Part shown: piece by piece, positions 28,036 to 38,688 of the stretch
Position numbering within the stretch: the first letter of the stretch is position 1
Layout: every line of letters begins with the position of its first letter
Assembly (NCBI GenBank): GCA_963771235.1
Contig: CAVYSP010000004.1
Span: 89,621-153,620, forward strand
Length of the DNA: 64,000 nucleotides
DNA from: an uncultured Gammaproteobacteria bacterium
GTDB lineage: Bacteria; Pseudomonadota; Gammaproteobacteria; Xanthomonadales; Rhodanobacteraceae
Direction: 5' to 3'
Translations under genes and position numbers: made by a program
The notes under the pieces: model-generated
The model's input: the letters and a program-made list of their open reading frames with translations, nothing else
The model's database searches: none
What the model was told of the DNA's origin: nothing

Positions 28036-31000
28036 GTGATCCAGGGCTGGCTGTTGTTGTTGGTGTCATTGCTGTACGTCGGGCTGCTCTTCGTGGTGGC
28101 CTACACTGGCGACCGGCAACCGCTGTACCCGCGACAGCCGCGGCTTCGGCCCATCATCTACAGCCTCACGCTGGCGGTGTACTGCTCGTCGTGGACCTTC
28201 TATGGCGCCGTCGGCACTGCCGCGCGCGACGGCCTGGCCTACCTGCCGATCTACCTCGGGCCGGCGCTGCTGTTCGTGTTCGGCTTCGGCTTCCTGCGCC
28301 GGCTTCTGCAGGTGGTGCGCCAGCGCAAGATCACCTCGATCGCCGACTTCATCGGCGCGCGCTTCGGCAAGTCGCACGGGTTGGCGGCACTGGTCGCGTT
28401 GATCGCCGTGGTGGCGGTGGTGCCGTACATTGCGCTGCAATTCAAGGCGGTGGCGATGTCGTTTGGCGTCCTTGGCGGTGGCGCGCTCGGCGCGGTACGC
28501 ACCGGTGGCGTGGACAGCGCCATGTGGTGCGCGGCGCTGCTGGCGGCGTTCGCCATCCTGTTCGGCACGCGCAGCATCGATGCCACGGAACACCATCACG
28601 GCTTGATGCTGGCGATCGCGATGGAATCGCTGATCAAGCTGATGGTCTTCGTGATCATTGCCGGCTACGCCTTGTGGCACGGGCCTGGCTTGCTGGATAC
28701 GGTGCAGCGCCCGCTGCGCCAGATTCGCCACGGTTTGCCACCGGACTTCCTGATGCAGACGATGCTGGCGTTCTGCGCGATGTTCTGCCTGCCGCGCCAG
28801 TTCCAGGTGGGTCTGGTCGAGTGCGAGGACGCGGGCGATCTCAAGCGCGCGCGCTGGCTGTTGCCGCTGTACATGGTCATCGTCAGCCTGGCCGTGCTGC
28901 CGATCGTGGCCGCGGGCGAGCACCTCTCACCCAGGAGCGGCAGCACGGCCGACGCCTGGGTGCTGACCGTGCCGCTGGTGCATGGAGATACCGGCGTGGC
29001 GCTGCTGGCCTTCATCGGCGGGTTCTCGGCCGCCACCGGCATGGTCATCGTGGCCTCGGTGGCGCTCTCGACCATGATCAGCAACGACCTGGTGATGCCC
29101 GCCCTGCTGCGCATCCGGCGCTTGCGGCTGGAGCAACGCAAGGATCTTTCGCGCCTCGTCCTCGGCGTGCGCCGCGTCGCCATCATCGTGTTGGCCATGA
29201 TGGCGTACGCGTATTACCGCGTGGCGGCGAATGCGGAGAACCTGGCGGCAACCGGCCTGCTGGCGTTTGCCGCGGTGGCACAGTTCGCGCCGGCGCTGGT
29301 GGCCGCGTTGTACTGGCGTGGCGCCAGCCGTCGTGGCGTCGCGCTGGGTCTGGCCGGCGGCTTCGCGGTGTGGTCGTACACGATGCTGTTGCCCGCCTTG
29401 CTGCACTCGGACGCCTTGTTGCGAAACGGGCCGCTGGGCCTGGACTGGTTGCGCCCGCAGGCGCTGTTCCATCTCAGCGGCTGGGATCCGATGATGCACG
29501 GCACGTTCTGGTCGTTGCTGGTCAACGTGGGCTGCCTGGTGTTCTTTTCGCTGCGTTTTCGGCCCAGCCTGGAGGAAAGCCTGCACGCGGCGATGTTCAT
29601 GGATGCCGATCAGACGCGACCGGGTGGTACCGGCGATTGGCGCGGGCGCGTGGCGGTGGCTGATCTGCGCACGATTGCCGAACGCATCGTGGGCGCGCGC
29701 AGCAGCGCGCGCGCGTTCGACGAGTACGGCCAGCACCGCGGCAAGTCGCTGCAACCGGGCGAGGTCGCCGACCGGCCCTTGATCCAGTACACCGAGCGTT
29801 TGCTCGCCGCGTCGGTGGGGGCCGCGAACGCACGCCGCATCCTGATCGGCGCGCTATCCGGCAGCGGCCTCAATCTGGCCGAATCGGTGGCCTTGCTGGA
29901 TGAGGCCTCGCAGGAACTGCGCTTCAACCGCGAGCTGCTTTCCACCACGCTGGAAAACGTGTCGCAAGGCATCAGCGTGGTCGATGCGACCATGTGCCTG
30001 GTGGCATGGAATCGGCGCTACCTGGAGTTATTTGATTATCCCGACGGCATGGTGCGCGTCGGCCTGCCGGTGGCCGAGCTGATCCGCTGGAACGCGGAAC
30101 GCGGCGAGTGCGGGCCGGGCGAAGTGGAGGCGCACGTCGCCAAACGCATGCATCACATGCAAGCGGGCTCACTGCACGTGTTCCAGCGCGTTCGTCCCGA
30201 CGGCACGGTGATCGAAATGCGCGGTCGCGCGTTGCCGGGCGGCGGCTATGTCACGACCTACACCGACGTCACGGCCTACAAGCACGCCGAGCAGGCGCTG
30301 ATGGAGGCAAACGAAACGCTGGAGCAGCGTGTCGACCAACGCACCGCCGAGCTGACTGATGCCCTGGCCGCCACCGCCCGCGCCCGCGGTGTCGCCGAGG
30401 CTGCAAACCTCTCCAAGACCCGCTTTCTTGCCGCCGCCAGCCATGACTTGCTGCAGCCATTGAATGCGGCACGGCTGTTCACCTCGGCGTTGCGCGCGTA
30501 TCCGCAACTGGACGCCGAGGCGGGTGCGCTGGCCGAACGCATCGATGCCTCGTTTCGCGCCGCCGAGGACCTGCTCGATGCCTTGCTCGACGTGTCGCGA
30601 CTCGATGCCGGCAGCTATCACCCGGAAATCGGTGGCTTCGCGCTGAGCGAATTGTTCGACTCGCTGCAGGGACAGTTTGCCGTGGTGGCCGAACAACGCG
30701 GTCTGCGCCTGCGCGTGGTGCGGACGACGCTGGCGGTACGCAGCGACCCGCAGTTGCTGCGTCGCATCGTGCAGAACTTCTTGTCCAATGCCTTGCGCTA
30801 CACCGCCACGGGCGGCGTGCTGCTGGGTGCGCGGCGCTCACCCGGCGGGCAGGTGCGCATCGAGGTGTGGGATTCGGGCCCCGGCATTGCGCTCGAGCAG
30901 CGCAGCCGCATCTTCGGCGAGTTCCAGCGCCTGGCACAGCCCTCGCCGTGGGGCGAGAAGGGCCTCGGTCTGGGCTTGTCGATCTGCGATCGTCTGGCCC

Positions 31001-31530
31001 GGATCCTGGATCACCCGCTCGACCTGCGCTCGCAGGTCACCCGGGGCAGTCGTTTCGCGGTCACCGTGCCGCGCAACGAGGCGTTGCCGGCGCGCCAACA
31101 GCAGGTACGCCAAAGCGGTCCGGGCCAGCAGCTGGCATTGACGGTGCTGTGCCTGGACAACGACGACGCCATCCTCGACGGCATGCATGCGCTGCTCGGC
31201 CGCTGGGGCGTCGATTGCCGCGTTGCGTTGAACCTGGACGAGGCTCGCGAACAGCTGGCGCTCGGCCCGGTCGACCTGATCCTGGCCGACTACCATCTGG
31301 CCGACGACGTCGACGGCTTGCAGGCCATGCAGCAATTGCGTGACTTACTGGGTGACTTGCCGCCGGTGGTGATGATCACCGCGGACGGCAGCAGCGAGCT
31401 GAAGGCGCGCGCGCGGACGCTCGGTTACCCGGTCTTGCACAAGCCGGTGCGCCCGGCCGCACTGCGCGCCGTGCTCACCTCTCGACGGCATCGCGAAGCA
31501 TCCTCCGAAGACCCCGTCAGCGAGGCATGA
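28036..31530 (+). CDS. crbS: SLC5-STAC-PAS hybrid sensor histidine kinase (CrbS/MxtR type)
   Basis: Na/solute symporter-like N-term (YCSSWTFYG, TSIADFIGARFGKS), PAS (WNRRYLELF), AASHDLLQPL H-box, NFLSNALRYT, GLGLGL, C-term receiver. Confidence 0.88.
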   Translation: MIQGWLLLLVSLLYVGLLFVVAYTGDRQPLYPRQPRLRPIIYSLTLAVYCSSWTFYGAVGTAARDGLAYLPIYLGPALLFVFGFGFLRRLLQVVRQRKITSIADFIGARFGKSHGLAALVALIAVVAVVPYIALQFKAVAMSFGVLGGGALGAVRTGGVDSAMWCAALLAAFAILFGTRSIDATEHHHGLMLAIAMESLIKLMVFVIIAGYALWHGPGLLDTVQRPLRQIRHGLPPDFLMQTMLAFCAMFCLPRQFQVGLVECEDAGDLKRARWLLPLYMVIVSLAVLPIVAAGEHLSPRSGSTADAWVLTVPLVHGDTGVALLAFIGGFSAATGMVIVASVALSTMISNDLVMPALLRIRRLRLEQRKDLSRLVLGVRRVAIIVLAMMAYAYYRVAANAENLAATGLLAFAAVAQFAPALVAALYWRGASRRGVALGLAGGFAVWSYTMLLPALLHSDALLRNGPLGLDWLRPQALFHLSGWDPMMHGTFWSLLVNVGCLVFFSLRFRPSLEESLHAAMFMDADQTRPGGTGDWRGRVAVADLRTIAERIVGARSSARAFDEYGQHRGKSLQPGEVADRPLIQYTERLLAASVGAANARRILIGALSGSGLNLAESVALLDEASQELRFNRELLSTTLENVSQGISVVDATMCLVAWNRRYLELFDYPDGMVRVGLPVAELIRWNAERGECGPGEVEAHVAKRMHHMQAGSLHVFQRVRPDGTVIEMRGRALPGGGYVTTYTDVTAYKHAEQALMEANETLEQRVDQRTAELTDALAATARARGVAEAANLSKTRFLAAASHDLLQPLNAARLFTSALRAYPQLDAEAGALAERIDASFRAAEDLLDALLDVSRLDAGSYHPEIGGFALSELFDSLQGQFAVVAEQRGLRLRVVRTTLAVRSDPQLLRRIVQNFLSNALRYTATGGVLLGARRSPGGQVRIEVWDSGPGIALEQRSRIFGEFQRLAQPSPWGEKGLGLGLSICDRLARILDHPLDLRSQVTRGSRFAVTVPRNEALPARQQQVRQSGPGQQLALTVLCLDNDDAILDGMHALLGRWGVDCRVALNLDEAREQLALGPVDLILADYHLADDVDGLQAMQQLRDLLGDLPPVVMITADGSSELKARARTLGYPVLHKPVRPAALRAVLTSRRHREASSEDPVSEA

Positions 31531-31563
31531 CCGATGCGCTCCCGGGTTTGCCCGACGGCGGCA

Positions 31564-32235
31564 TCAATCCTCGTCGTTCGGCATCTCCGGCATGGTCTCC
31601 TGATCGACGGCCAGGTGACTGGCGAGCATCGCGACCTGGGTCCGGTTGTTCACGCCAAGCTTGCGCATGATCGCCGTCATGTGCGCTTTCACGGTGGCTT
31701 CGGAAACGCCCAGTTCGTAGGCGATCTGCTTGTTCAGCAAGCCCTCGGCGGTCATCGACATCACCCGGAACTGCTGTGGGGTCAAGGCGGCAATGTGCGC
31801 CGCGGCGGCGTGTTCGTCCGCTTTGAGTTCGGCCGGACCGCCCAGCAACCCGGACGGCAGCCACACGTCGCCGTTGAGCACGGCGTGGATGGCCGCCACG
31901 ATATCGGTCCCGGCACTGGACTTGGGGATGTAGGCCGACGCACCGTGCGCCAGCGCGCGGCGCGCGACCTGTGCCTCCTCATGGCCGGACACCACGATGG
32001 TCGGCAACCCGGGATACTGGCCGCGAATGTGCGCCAGCGCGGAGTAGCCGCGCGCGCCGGGCATGTGCAGGTCGAGCAGCAGCAGCTCGGCATCGGGAAA
32101 CCGTTCGATCAGCTCGAGCAACGCGTGCACACTGTCCGCGTTGTGCACCTGCGCCTGCGGCAACGCGGCCAGCACGGCGCGCTGAAGCGCGTCGCGAAAC
32201 AGCGGATGGTCGTCGGCGATGAGAATGTCGGTCAT
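31564..32235 (-). CDS. crbR: NarL/LuxR-family response regulator (CrbR/ErdR type)
   Basis: ILIADDHPLFR, LLDLHMPG, LTPQQFRV...GLLNKQIAYEL...TVKAH; convergent with crbS. Confidence 0.88.
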   Translation of the reverse strand: MTDILIADDHPLFRDALQRAVLAALPQAQVHNADSVHALLELIERFPDAELLLLDLHMPGARGYSALAHIRGQYPGLPTIVVSGHEEAQVARRALAHGASAYIPKSSAGTDIVAAIHAVLNGDVWLPSGLLGGPAELKADEHAAAAHIAALTPQQFRVMSMTAEGLLNKQIAYELGVSEATVKAHMTAIMRKLGVNNRTQVAMLASHLAVDQETMPEMPNDED

Positions 32236-32495
32236 GGGCTGGCGGGGATCCGGGATTCGAACGCGAAATTCGGCATGTTCATGTGACCCCTCCTTTGGCC
32301 GGATATCGCCCGCCACGTCGCAGTCATCGCCAATCCGGCCGACCTCGGCGATATGCCAGGGGCAGCCGCCGGCGCATGATGATCTCTTGCGGGCGCTGCA
32401 CGAGGCGCCGGAGCGGCGTGGAGCTCCGTGTCGGTGAGCCTGCCGCCGACGTCGAGTGTAGCCGCATGGTTTCTGGAAGGTCGCACCCGTCGCGG

Positions 32496-32526
32496 TCGAC
32501 TTTGGTCGATCTTCGACCAAAGTCGA
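32496..32526. promoter_or_regulatory. Two tandem GAC-N4-GTC boxes (candidate CrbR sites)
   Basis: TCGAC-TTTG-GTCGA (32496-32509) and TCGAC-CAAA-GTCGA (32513-32526), together a perfect inverted repeat ~60 bp upstream of the porin. Confidence 0.7.
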
Positions 32527-32587
32527 ATAGCCGTCCGCCATGCAGCACGGCCATGCTCGACGCGTGTTTCCACTTGGGGATTCTCGC

Positions 32588-33973
32588 ATGAGCGGTCAAT
32601 GTTTCCGCAGCCGCACGGCCATTGCCATGGGTGTGGCCTGCGCGCTCGCGTTGCCACTCGCGGCGCAAGCGCAGAACAGCACGCGCGAACAGCAGCTTGA
32701 GCAGCGCGTGTCGCAACTGGAACAACAGGTGCAGCAGCTGCGGCAGCTGGTGCAGGCGCAAGCGGCGAATGCTCCGGCCAGCGCACCGGCGCCCGCCCCG
32801 GTGCAACCTGTCGCCGTCGCGCCGCCGGAGAAGCCGGTATTCACCAGCGCGCCGGGGGTGTCGGTCGCGCTGCATGGTTTCGTCAGCGCCACCGCGTTCA
32901 GCCAGGACAAGACGTTCGCGTTCGGCAACGGACAGAACGCCGAATGGCCCGTGCCGGGGAGCAAGGGTTCGCTGAGCGGCGTGGACGTGCGCAACACGCG
33001 CTTCTGGCTTGATTTCAGTGGTGCCAAGTTTGCCGGCGACTGGGTGGGCGGCGGTCGCATCGAAATGGACTTCTTCGGCGGCTTCAACGGCACCGGCGCC
33101 TTCAGCCAGCAGCAGGCGACACCGCGGCTGCGCCAGGCCTACATGGACCTGACCAATCCCGACACCGGCACCACGGTGCGCATCGGCCAGCAGTGGGAGC
33201 TGATGTTCCCGATCGACAATTCCACGTCATCGCTGTCGCACATCGCGTTTCCGCTGGGATTCGCCGCCGGCATGATCGGTTGGCGCTTCCCCGGCGTGGT
33301 CGTGATGCAGGATCTCAACCACGGCGCCACCGGTCCCAAGTGGCGGCTCGACCTGGGCGCGTTCGAGGGCAACTGGAGCGGCCCGGGCAACAACATCAAT
33401 TACCTGACCGCCGGCAACGTCGGCTTCCGCCCGCAAGTCGAGGCCCGCCTGCATGTGCAGGACAAGACCTGGCTGGCCTATGTCGCCGCGCACTACAGCG
33501 AGGTGGACTTGCGTGGCGTGGGCGGCACCGAACCGACGCCGATCCAGTCCAAGGTGAAAAGCGTCGGCTACGAGGTGGGCGGCCAGTGGAAGCCGGGTCC
33601 GTGGACCTTCAAGGGCGTGGCCTACAGCGGCAAGGGCCTGGGTGAGATCTTCGGCGCCATGGCCCAGTTCGGCGACATCAGCGAGAGCGGCGGCTATGCG
33701 CAGATCGGCTACAGCTTCACGCCGAACTGGACCACCTACGCGTTCTATGCGGCTGCCCGCCCGGACAAGCAGGATGTCATCACCTGGATGGGACATGGTT
33801 CCACCGGCTTGCTCAGGAACAACCAGGCCGGGCTGAACCTGCAATACACGTCCGGCGCCTACGACCTCAGCGTGGAGTGGATGCACGACAAGCTCGACTC
33901 CACCAGCAACGGCGTGGACATCAAGACCACCAGCGGCAACCAGATGAGCCTGAACGCGCTGTACCACTTCTGA
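32588..33973 (+). CDS. DcaP-like outer-membrane porin with N-terminal coiled coil
   Basis: Signal peptide, QLEQRVSQLEQQVQQLRQ coil, IEMDFFG, PRLRQAY, IGQQW, terminal Phe. Confidence 0.75.
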   Translation: MSGQCFRSRTAIAMGVACALALPLAAQAQNSTREQQLEQRVSQLEQQVQQLRQLVQAQAANAPASAPAPAPVQPVAVAPPEKPVFTSAPGVSVALHGFVSATAFSQDKTFAFGNGQNAEWPVPGSKGSLSGVDVRNTRFWLDFSGAKFAGDWVGGGRIEMDFFGGFNGTGAFSQQQATPRLRQAYMDLTNPDTGTTVRIGQQWELMFPIDNSTSSLSHIAFPLGFAAGMIGWRFPGVVVMQDLNHGATGPKWRLDLGAFEGNWSGPGNNINYLTAGNVGFRPQVEARLHVQDKTWLAYVAAHYSEVDLRGVGGTEPTPIQSKVKSVGYEVGGQWKPGPWTFKGVAYSGKGLGEIFGAMAQFGDISESGGYAQIGYSFTPNWTTYAFYAAARPDKQDVITWMGHGSTGLLRNNQAGLNLQYTSGAYDLSVEWMHDKLDSTSNGVDIKTTSGNQMSLNALYHF

Positions 33974-34200
33974 CGTCGTGACTACCCGGGCCGGAGGTCA
34001 GGAGTGAATGGACCGGTGCGTTGGGCTTTCTCCGCGCCCACAGTGACTGGCGCCGCCGACACTCGCTGCCTGCCTGCCGCCGCCAAACGGGGCGGCCAGC
34101 GCGCCGCATTGATATGCCGGTTCGCTGGCCGTCGCGTGCCGCCACGTGGCCCGGAGCCGTCGGTGATGTTTCGCCAAGCCTTTTGCACAGGAGTCATGTC

Positions 34201-35634
34201 ATGAACAAGTATCTGTCCACGTGTCTTGCGGGCGCGATCACGCTCGCATTGTCGGCAACCGCCATCGCGGCGGACGCTCCGCCGGCCACGGCGGGTCTGC
34301 AGCCCACGCCGATACATTTTCCGTCCAAGTTCGGCGACATGACGTTCCCGACCACCTTTCCTGCCGGCACCACGCTCACGATTACCCAGTGGAGCCATTT
34401 CGTGCCGCGCTATGACAAGTGGTTCGATCAGTACGCGCAGGACTGGGGCAAACAGAACAACGTCAAGGTGACGGTGCAGCACATCAACCTCGCCGATCTG
34501 GGTTCCACGCTGGCCGCATCGATTGCCGCCGGCAAGGGTTCCACCTTGTTCGAGACGGTTTCCACGCCGGCGTCGTTCGTCGAAGGTTTGCAGGACCTGA
34601 CGGACGTGAACAAGGCGGCCGAGCAGGCCTTCGGCAAGCAGGAAACGGTCTGCGCCAGCCAGGCGTACCTGCCGATCAAGAACACGTGGTACGGCTACTG
34701 CCACGGCTGGGTGCCGGATCCGGGCGACTACCGCGTGTCGATGTGGAAAGACGCCGGGTACCCGAACGGGCCGAAAAGCTATGACGATCTGTACACCGGC
34801 GGCGTGAAGATCTTCCAGAAGACGGGCATCCCGGTGGGTGTGGGCATGTCGCCGGAACTCGACTCGGAGTTCTATGCGCGCTCGCTGATCTGGTCCTTCG
34901 GCGGCTCGCTGTTCGACAAGTGCGGGAACGTGGCGCTCGACTCGCCGCAGGTGCTGCAGGCCGTCGAGTACCAAACGAAGTTGTTCAAGAACGCGCTGAC
35001 GCCCGAAGTCTTTGCCTGGAATGCCGCCTCCAACAACCAGGCCTTCATCTCCGGCCAGGCGTCGTATATCCAGAACTCGATCTCCTTCTATCGCACCGCC
35101 CAGCGCACCAACCCGAAGGTGACGGAAGACACCGGTTTCAGCCCCGGCCTCAAGGGACCGACCGGCCAGGTGCACCAGACCTCGCACGTGTGGCTGATCT
35201 ACACCTTGCCCAAGTACGTGACCGACAAGCAGCAGACGCTGGCGGCGAAGAAGTTCCTGCTCGACCTCACTGCGAATGCCAGCTGGGGTACCTATGAAAG
35301 CGAGTTGTACGACTTCCCCGCCTACAGCAAGGCGGTGCCGCAGCTGTGGGCCAAGGGCGGCTGGCTGGACCGCGACCCGTTCGGCTCCACGCCGCCCAAC
35401 AAACTCGAGGTGCTGCGCAACGCCGTCGAATGGACCGCCTGGCCGGGTTATCCGGGCTACGCCAACCCCGCCGTGAGCGAGGTCTACAACACGCATCTGC
35501 TCTCGACCATGATGTCGCAGGCAGCGCGCGGCCAGAAGACACCGGCGCAGGCCGTCAAGGCCACGGCGGCGCAGATCGGCAGCATCGTCGCCAAATGGAA
35601 GGCGAAGGGTTACATCGGCTGTCCGGCCAAGTGA
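34201..35634 (+). CDS. ABC transporter substrate-binding protein, carbohydrate (CUT1)-type
   Basis: Signal peptide, AGGAG SD, QWSHFVPRYDKWF, AWNAASNNQAFISG; precedes ATPase and two permeases. Confidence 0.85.
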   Translation: MNKYLSTCLAGAITLALSATAIAADAPPATAGLQPTPIHFPSKFGDMTFPTTFPAGTTLTITQWSHFVPRYDKWFDQYAQDWGKQNNVKVTVQHINLADLGSTLAASIAAGKGSTLFETVSTPASFVEGLQDLTDVNKAAEQAFGKQETVCASQAYLPIKNTWYGYCHGWVPDPGDYRVSMWKDAGYPNGPKSYDDLYTGGVKIFQKTGIPVGVGMSPELDSEFYARSLIWSFGGSLFDKCGNVALDSPQVLQAVEYQTKLFKNALTPEVFAWNAASNNQAFISGQASYIQNSISFYRTAQRTNPKVTEDTGFSPGLKGPTGQVHQTSHVWLIYTLPKYVTDKQQTLAAKKFLLDLTANASWGTYESELYDFPAYSKAVPQLWAKGGWLDRDPFGSTPPNKLEVLRNAVEWTAWPGYPGYANPAVSEVYNTHLLSTMMSQAARGQKTPAQAVKATAAQIGSIVAKWKAKGYIGCPAK

Positions 35635-35660
35635 CACATCGCGCAACACGGGAATGATGC

Positions 35661-36695
35661 ATGGCAACGCTTGAGCTACGCGGTCTGAAGAAGAAGTACG
35701 GCAGCATCTACGCCGTGGACGGCATCGATATAGCGATCAAGGAAGGTGAGTTTCTGGCGATACTCGGGCCGTCCGGCTGCGGAAAAAGCACCACCATGCG
35801 CATGATCGCCGGCCTGGAGGCGCCGAGTGAAGGCGAGGTGCTGATCGGTGGCCAGCCGGTCACCCATCTGCCGCCGCGCGAACGCAACGTGTCGATGGTG
35901 TTCCAGAGTTACGCGCTGTATCCGCACATGACCGTGATGGAAAACATCGCGTTTCCGCTCAAGTCACGCGGCGTACCGAAAACGGAACGCGACGCCAAGA
36001 TCAAGTGGGCGGCTGGCATGTTGAGCATCGAGCCGTTGCTGCAGCGCAAGCCGGGACGACTGTCCGGTGGCGAGAAGCAAAAGGTGGCGTTGGCCCGCGC
36101 CCTGGTGCGCGATCCGGCCCTGTTCATCTTCGACGAGCCACTCAGCTCGCTGGATGCGCAGGTGCGCACGCTGGCGCGCAGCGAACTGCGTCTGCTGCAT
36201 GACCGCACTGGCGTCACCACGGTGTATGTCACGCATGACCAGATTGAAGCGTTGGGCATGGGCGACCGCATTGCGATCATGCAGCGCGGACGCGTGCGCC
36301 AACTGGGTACGCCGCAGGAGTTGTATGACAGTCCCGCCGATACCTTCGTGGCGGGCTTCCTTGGCTCGCCGCCGATGAACATGTTGGAGCACCGAGGCCG
36401 GATCGTCGGGTTTCGTCCCGAGCATTTGTTGCCCGCGCTGCCGGGAATTGCCGCCGCTGATGGCGCACTCGCCTTGCAGTTGCGCATCGAGCGGCTGGAA
36501 TTCCTTGGCGCCGACTGGCTGGTTTACGGCGTGCTTCAGGTGGGTACGCAAGAGCAGAAGATTCTTTCCAAGGTGCCGCCGAGTGTTGCCGCCACACTGC
36601 AGGAAGGCGAGCTGCGTGAGTTCTGCGTGGAACGTGCGCGCCTGCGCTGGTTTGATCCGGCGACGGGTCTGCGAGTCGATGATGGCCCGCGCTGA
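35661..36695 (+). CDS. ABC transporter ATP-binding subunit (MalK/UgpC-like)
   Basis: GPSGCGKST, VFQSYALYPHMTV, LSGGEKQ, FDEPLS, YVTHDQ, GSPPMN. Confidence 0.95.
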   Translation: MATLELRGLKKKYGSIYAVDGIDIAIKEGEFLAILGPSGCGKSTTMRMIAGLEAPSEGEVLIGGQPVTHLPPRERNVSMVFQSYALYPHMTVMENIAFPLKSRGVPKTERDAKIKWAAGMLSIEPLLQRKPGRLSGGEKQKVALARALVRDPALFIFDEPLSSLDAQVRTLARSELRLLHDRTGVTTVYVTHDQIEALGMGDRIAIMQRGRVRQLGTPQELYDSPADTFVAGFLGSPPMNMLEHRGRIVGFRPEHLLPALPGIAAADGALALQLRIERLEFLGADWLVYGVLQVGTQEQKILSKVPPSVAATLQEGELREFCVERARLRWFDPATGLRVDDGPR

Positions 36696-37617
36696 AAAGA
36701 AAGCGCATGCCCGCCTGGGGGATCGCGAGGGTCTGCTCGGCACGTTGATGGTGGCGCCGGCGTTCGTGTATATCGCGGCGCTGGTGGCCATTCCGTTCTT
36801 TCTCGCCATTGCACTGAGCATGAGCAGCGCCACGATCGGCAACCCGAGCATTCACGGCTTTGTGGGTCTGTCCAATTTCGTCAATGCGGTGCACGAGTCG
36901 GCGTTCCCGCTGGCCCTGCGCAACAGCATCATCGTCACCTTCGCCACGCTGATCCTGACTCTGGTGCTGGCCACAGCGGAATCGGAATTGCTGGTACACG
37001 ATTTTCGCGGCAAGTGGTTGCTGCAGATCCTGCTGATCCTGCCGTGGGCCATGCCGGTGTCGCTGGCGTCGGTGGACTGGCTGTGGTTGCTCGATTCCGA
37101 ATTCAGCCCCGTCGACTGGTTGCTGCGCCAGGTCCATCTGCTCGGGCCGGGTACGGTGTGGGGTCCGTCCAACCATTTGTATTATTACGGCAAGGAATGG
37201 CTCGGCCTGGGCGCCGTCACCATGATCAACGTGTGGCGGTTGTTGCCGCTGGCCACGATCATCGTGCTGGCCGGGCGTACGGCGATCCCGCACGAGATCT
37301 TCGAACAGGCGCAAGTGGATGGCGCCGGTTTCTTCCGCACCTTGTTCCGCATCACCATCCCGGCGCTGCTGCCGTTGCTGGTGGTGGCCGGCATGTTCAC
37401 CGCCCTGCTGGTGTTTGGCGACATGACGGTGGTCGCGTTGACGACGCGCGGCGGCCCGGGCTACGCCACGCAACTGTTGCCGTACTGGGCCTACCTGAAG
37501 GGCATCGAGGGCGGCGCGCTGGGCGAAGGCGCAGCCGTGGCGTTGTTCATGTTTCCGGTGCTGCTGGCCGGCGCCATCCTGGCGCTGCGCATGGCCTACC
37601 GCTCTGAATCGAATTGA
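36679..37617 (+). CDS. ABC transporter permease (MalF/UgpA-like)
   Basis: FVGLSNF, LPWAMP, EAA-loop EQAQVDGA...FRITIP, TRGGPG. Confidence 0.92.
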   Translation: MMARAEKKAHARLGDREGLLGTLMVAPAFVYIAALVAIPFFLAIALSMSSATIGNPSIHGFVGLSNFVNAVHESAFPLALRNSIIVTFATLILTLVLATAESELLVHDFRGKWLLQILLILPWAMPVSLASVDWLWLLDSEFSPVDWLLRQVHLLGPGTVWGPSNHLYYYGKEWLGLGAVTMINVWRLLPLATIIVLAGRTAIPHEIFEQAQVDGAGFFRTLFRITIPALLPLLVVAGMFTALLVFGDMTVVALTTRGGPGYATQLLPYWAYLKGIEGGALGEGAAVALFMFPVLLAGAILALRMAYRSESN

Positions 37618-38450
37618 CGGGCCGCGCCGTGAAAAAATTATTGCGCAAATCGGGATTCTGTTTCGGGCTGCTGCTGTTCACCGTGTTCGCCGTGTTTCCG
37701 GTGGTGTGGATGGTGATCACGGCCTTCAAGGAAGACGGCGATCTGTACGATGTTTCCAACAATCCCTTCATCTACAACCTGCCGCCGACGCTCAAGCACG
37801 TCACCTTTCTGTTTACCAATACCAACTTTCCGCGCTTCCTGTGGAATTCCGCCTTCATCGGCGTGGCGGTGGTCCTCATCACTCTGCTGCTGGCCGTGCC
37901 GGCCGCGTACAGCCTGGCGCGGCTGGTGGGCCGTTGGGGCGAACGCTCGGGCATTGCGGTGTTCCTGGTCTACCTGATTCCGCCCACCTTGCTGTTCATC
38001 CCGCTATACCAGATCGTCAGCTTCCTGCACGCGACCAACACGGTGTGGGCGCTGATCCTGGTCTACCCCACGATCACGGTGCCGTTCTGTACGTGGCTGC
38101 TGCTGGGCTTCTTCAAGTCGATGCCGCGCGAGCTGGAGGAATCCGCACTGATCGACGGTTGCAGCCGCTGGCAGTCTTTCCTGCGCATTGCGTTGCCACT
38201 GGCCGGGCCAGGCATTGCCACCTGTGTCGTGTTTGCCTTCGCCCTGTCCATCAGCGACTACATCTATGCGGCGGTCTTCGTCAGCTCCACCTCGGCGCGC
38301 ACGGTGAGCGCCGGCGTGCCCACCGAATTGATCCGCGGCGACATCTATTTCTGGCAGTCGCTGATGGCGGCGGCGGCGATTGTCTCGATCCCGTTGGCCG
38401 TGGCGTACGGCTTGTTGTTCGATCGCCTGGTGAAAGGGTTCCAGAGCTGA
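37614..38450 (+). CDS. ABC transporter permease (MalG/UgpE-like)
   Basis: AAYSLARL, EAA-loop LEESALIDGCSRWQ. Confidence 0.92.
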   Translation: MTGRAVKKLLRKSGFCFGLLLFTVFAVFPVVWMVITAFKEDGDLYDVSNNPFIYNLPPTLKHVTFLFTNTNFPRFLWNSAFIGVAVVLITLLLAVPAAYSLARLVGRWGERSGIAVFLVYLIPPTLLFIPLYQIVSFLHATNTVWALILVYPTITVPFCTWLLLGFFKSMPRELEESALIDGCSRWQSFLRIALPLAGPGIATCVVFAFALSISDYIYAAVFVSSTSARTVSAGVPTELIRGDIYFWQSLMAAAAIVSIPLAVAYGLLFDRLVKGFQS

Positions 38451-38688
38451 CGATGGAAAGGTGACCGGCGCTCGATCGAGCGCGGAACTCGTCGGCAGAA
38501 AACGAACGCTCTCTTGCTCTCGTTTTTCGCTTGGCGCGCACGTGAACCGCGGTCCCCGGCAGCCTGACCTTTTTGTCAGTGGCAGATCCGGGCTGTCAAC
38601 GCGGAGCGCCATCTCGTGACGCACCAGATCACGCCTTGCGGCGGCCGTCCGTCCAGGCCCGGGAATATCGATGGAAACTGAGGAGACC

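Noticed and set aside
33974..34200. Possible riboswitch in the porin-SBP intergenic region
   Set aside because: GC-rich, but I recognised no aptamer consensus or terminator; an Rfam scan would be needed.
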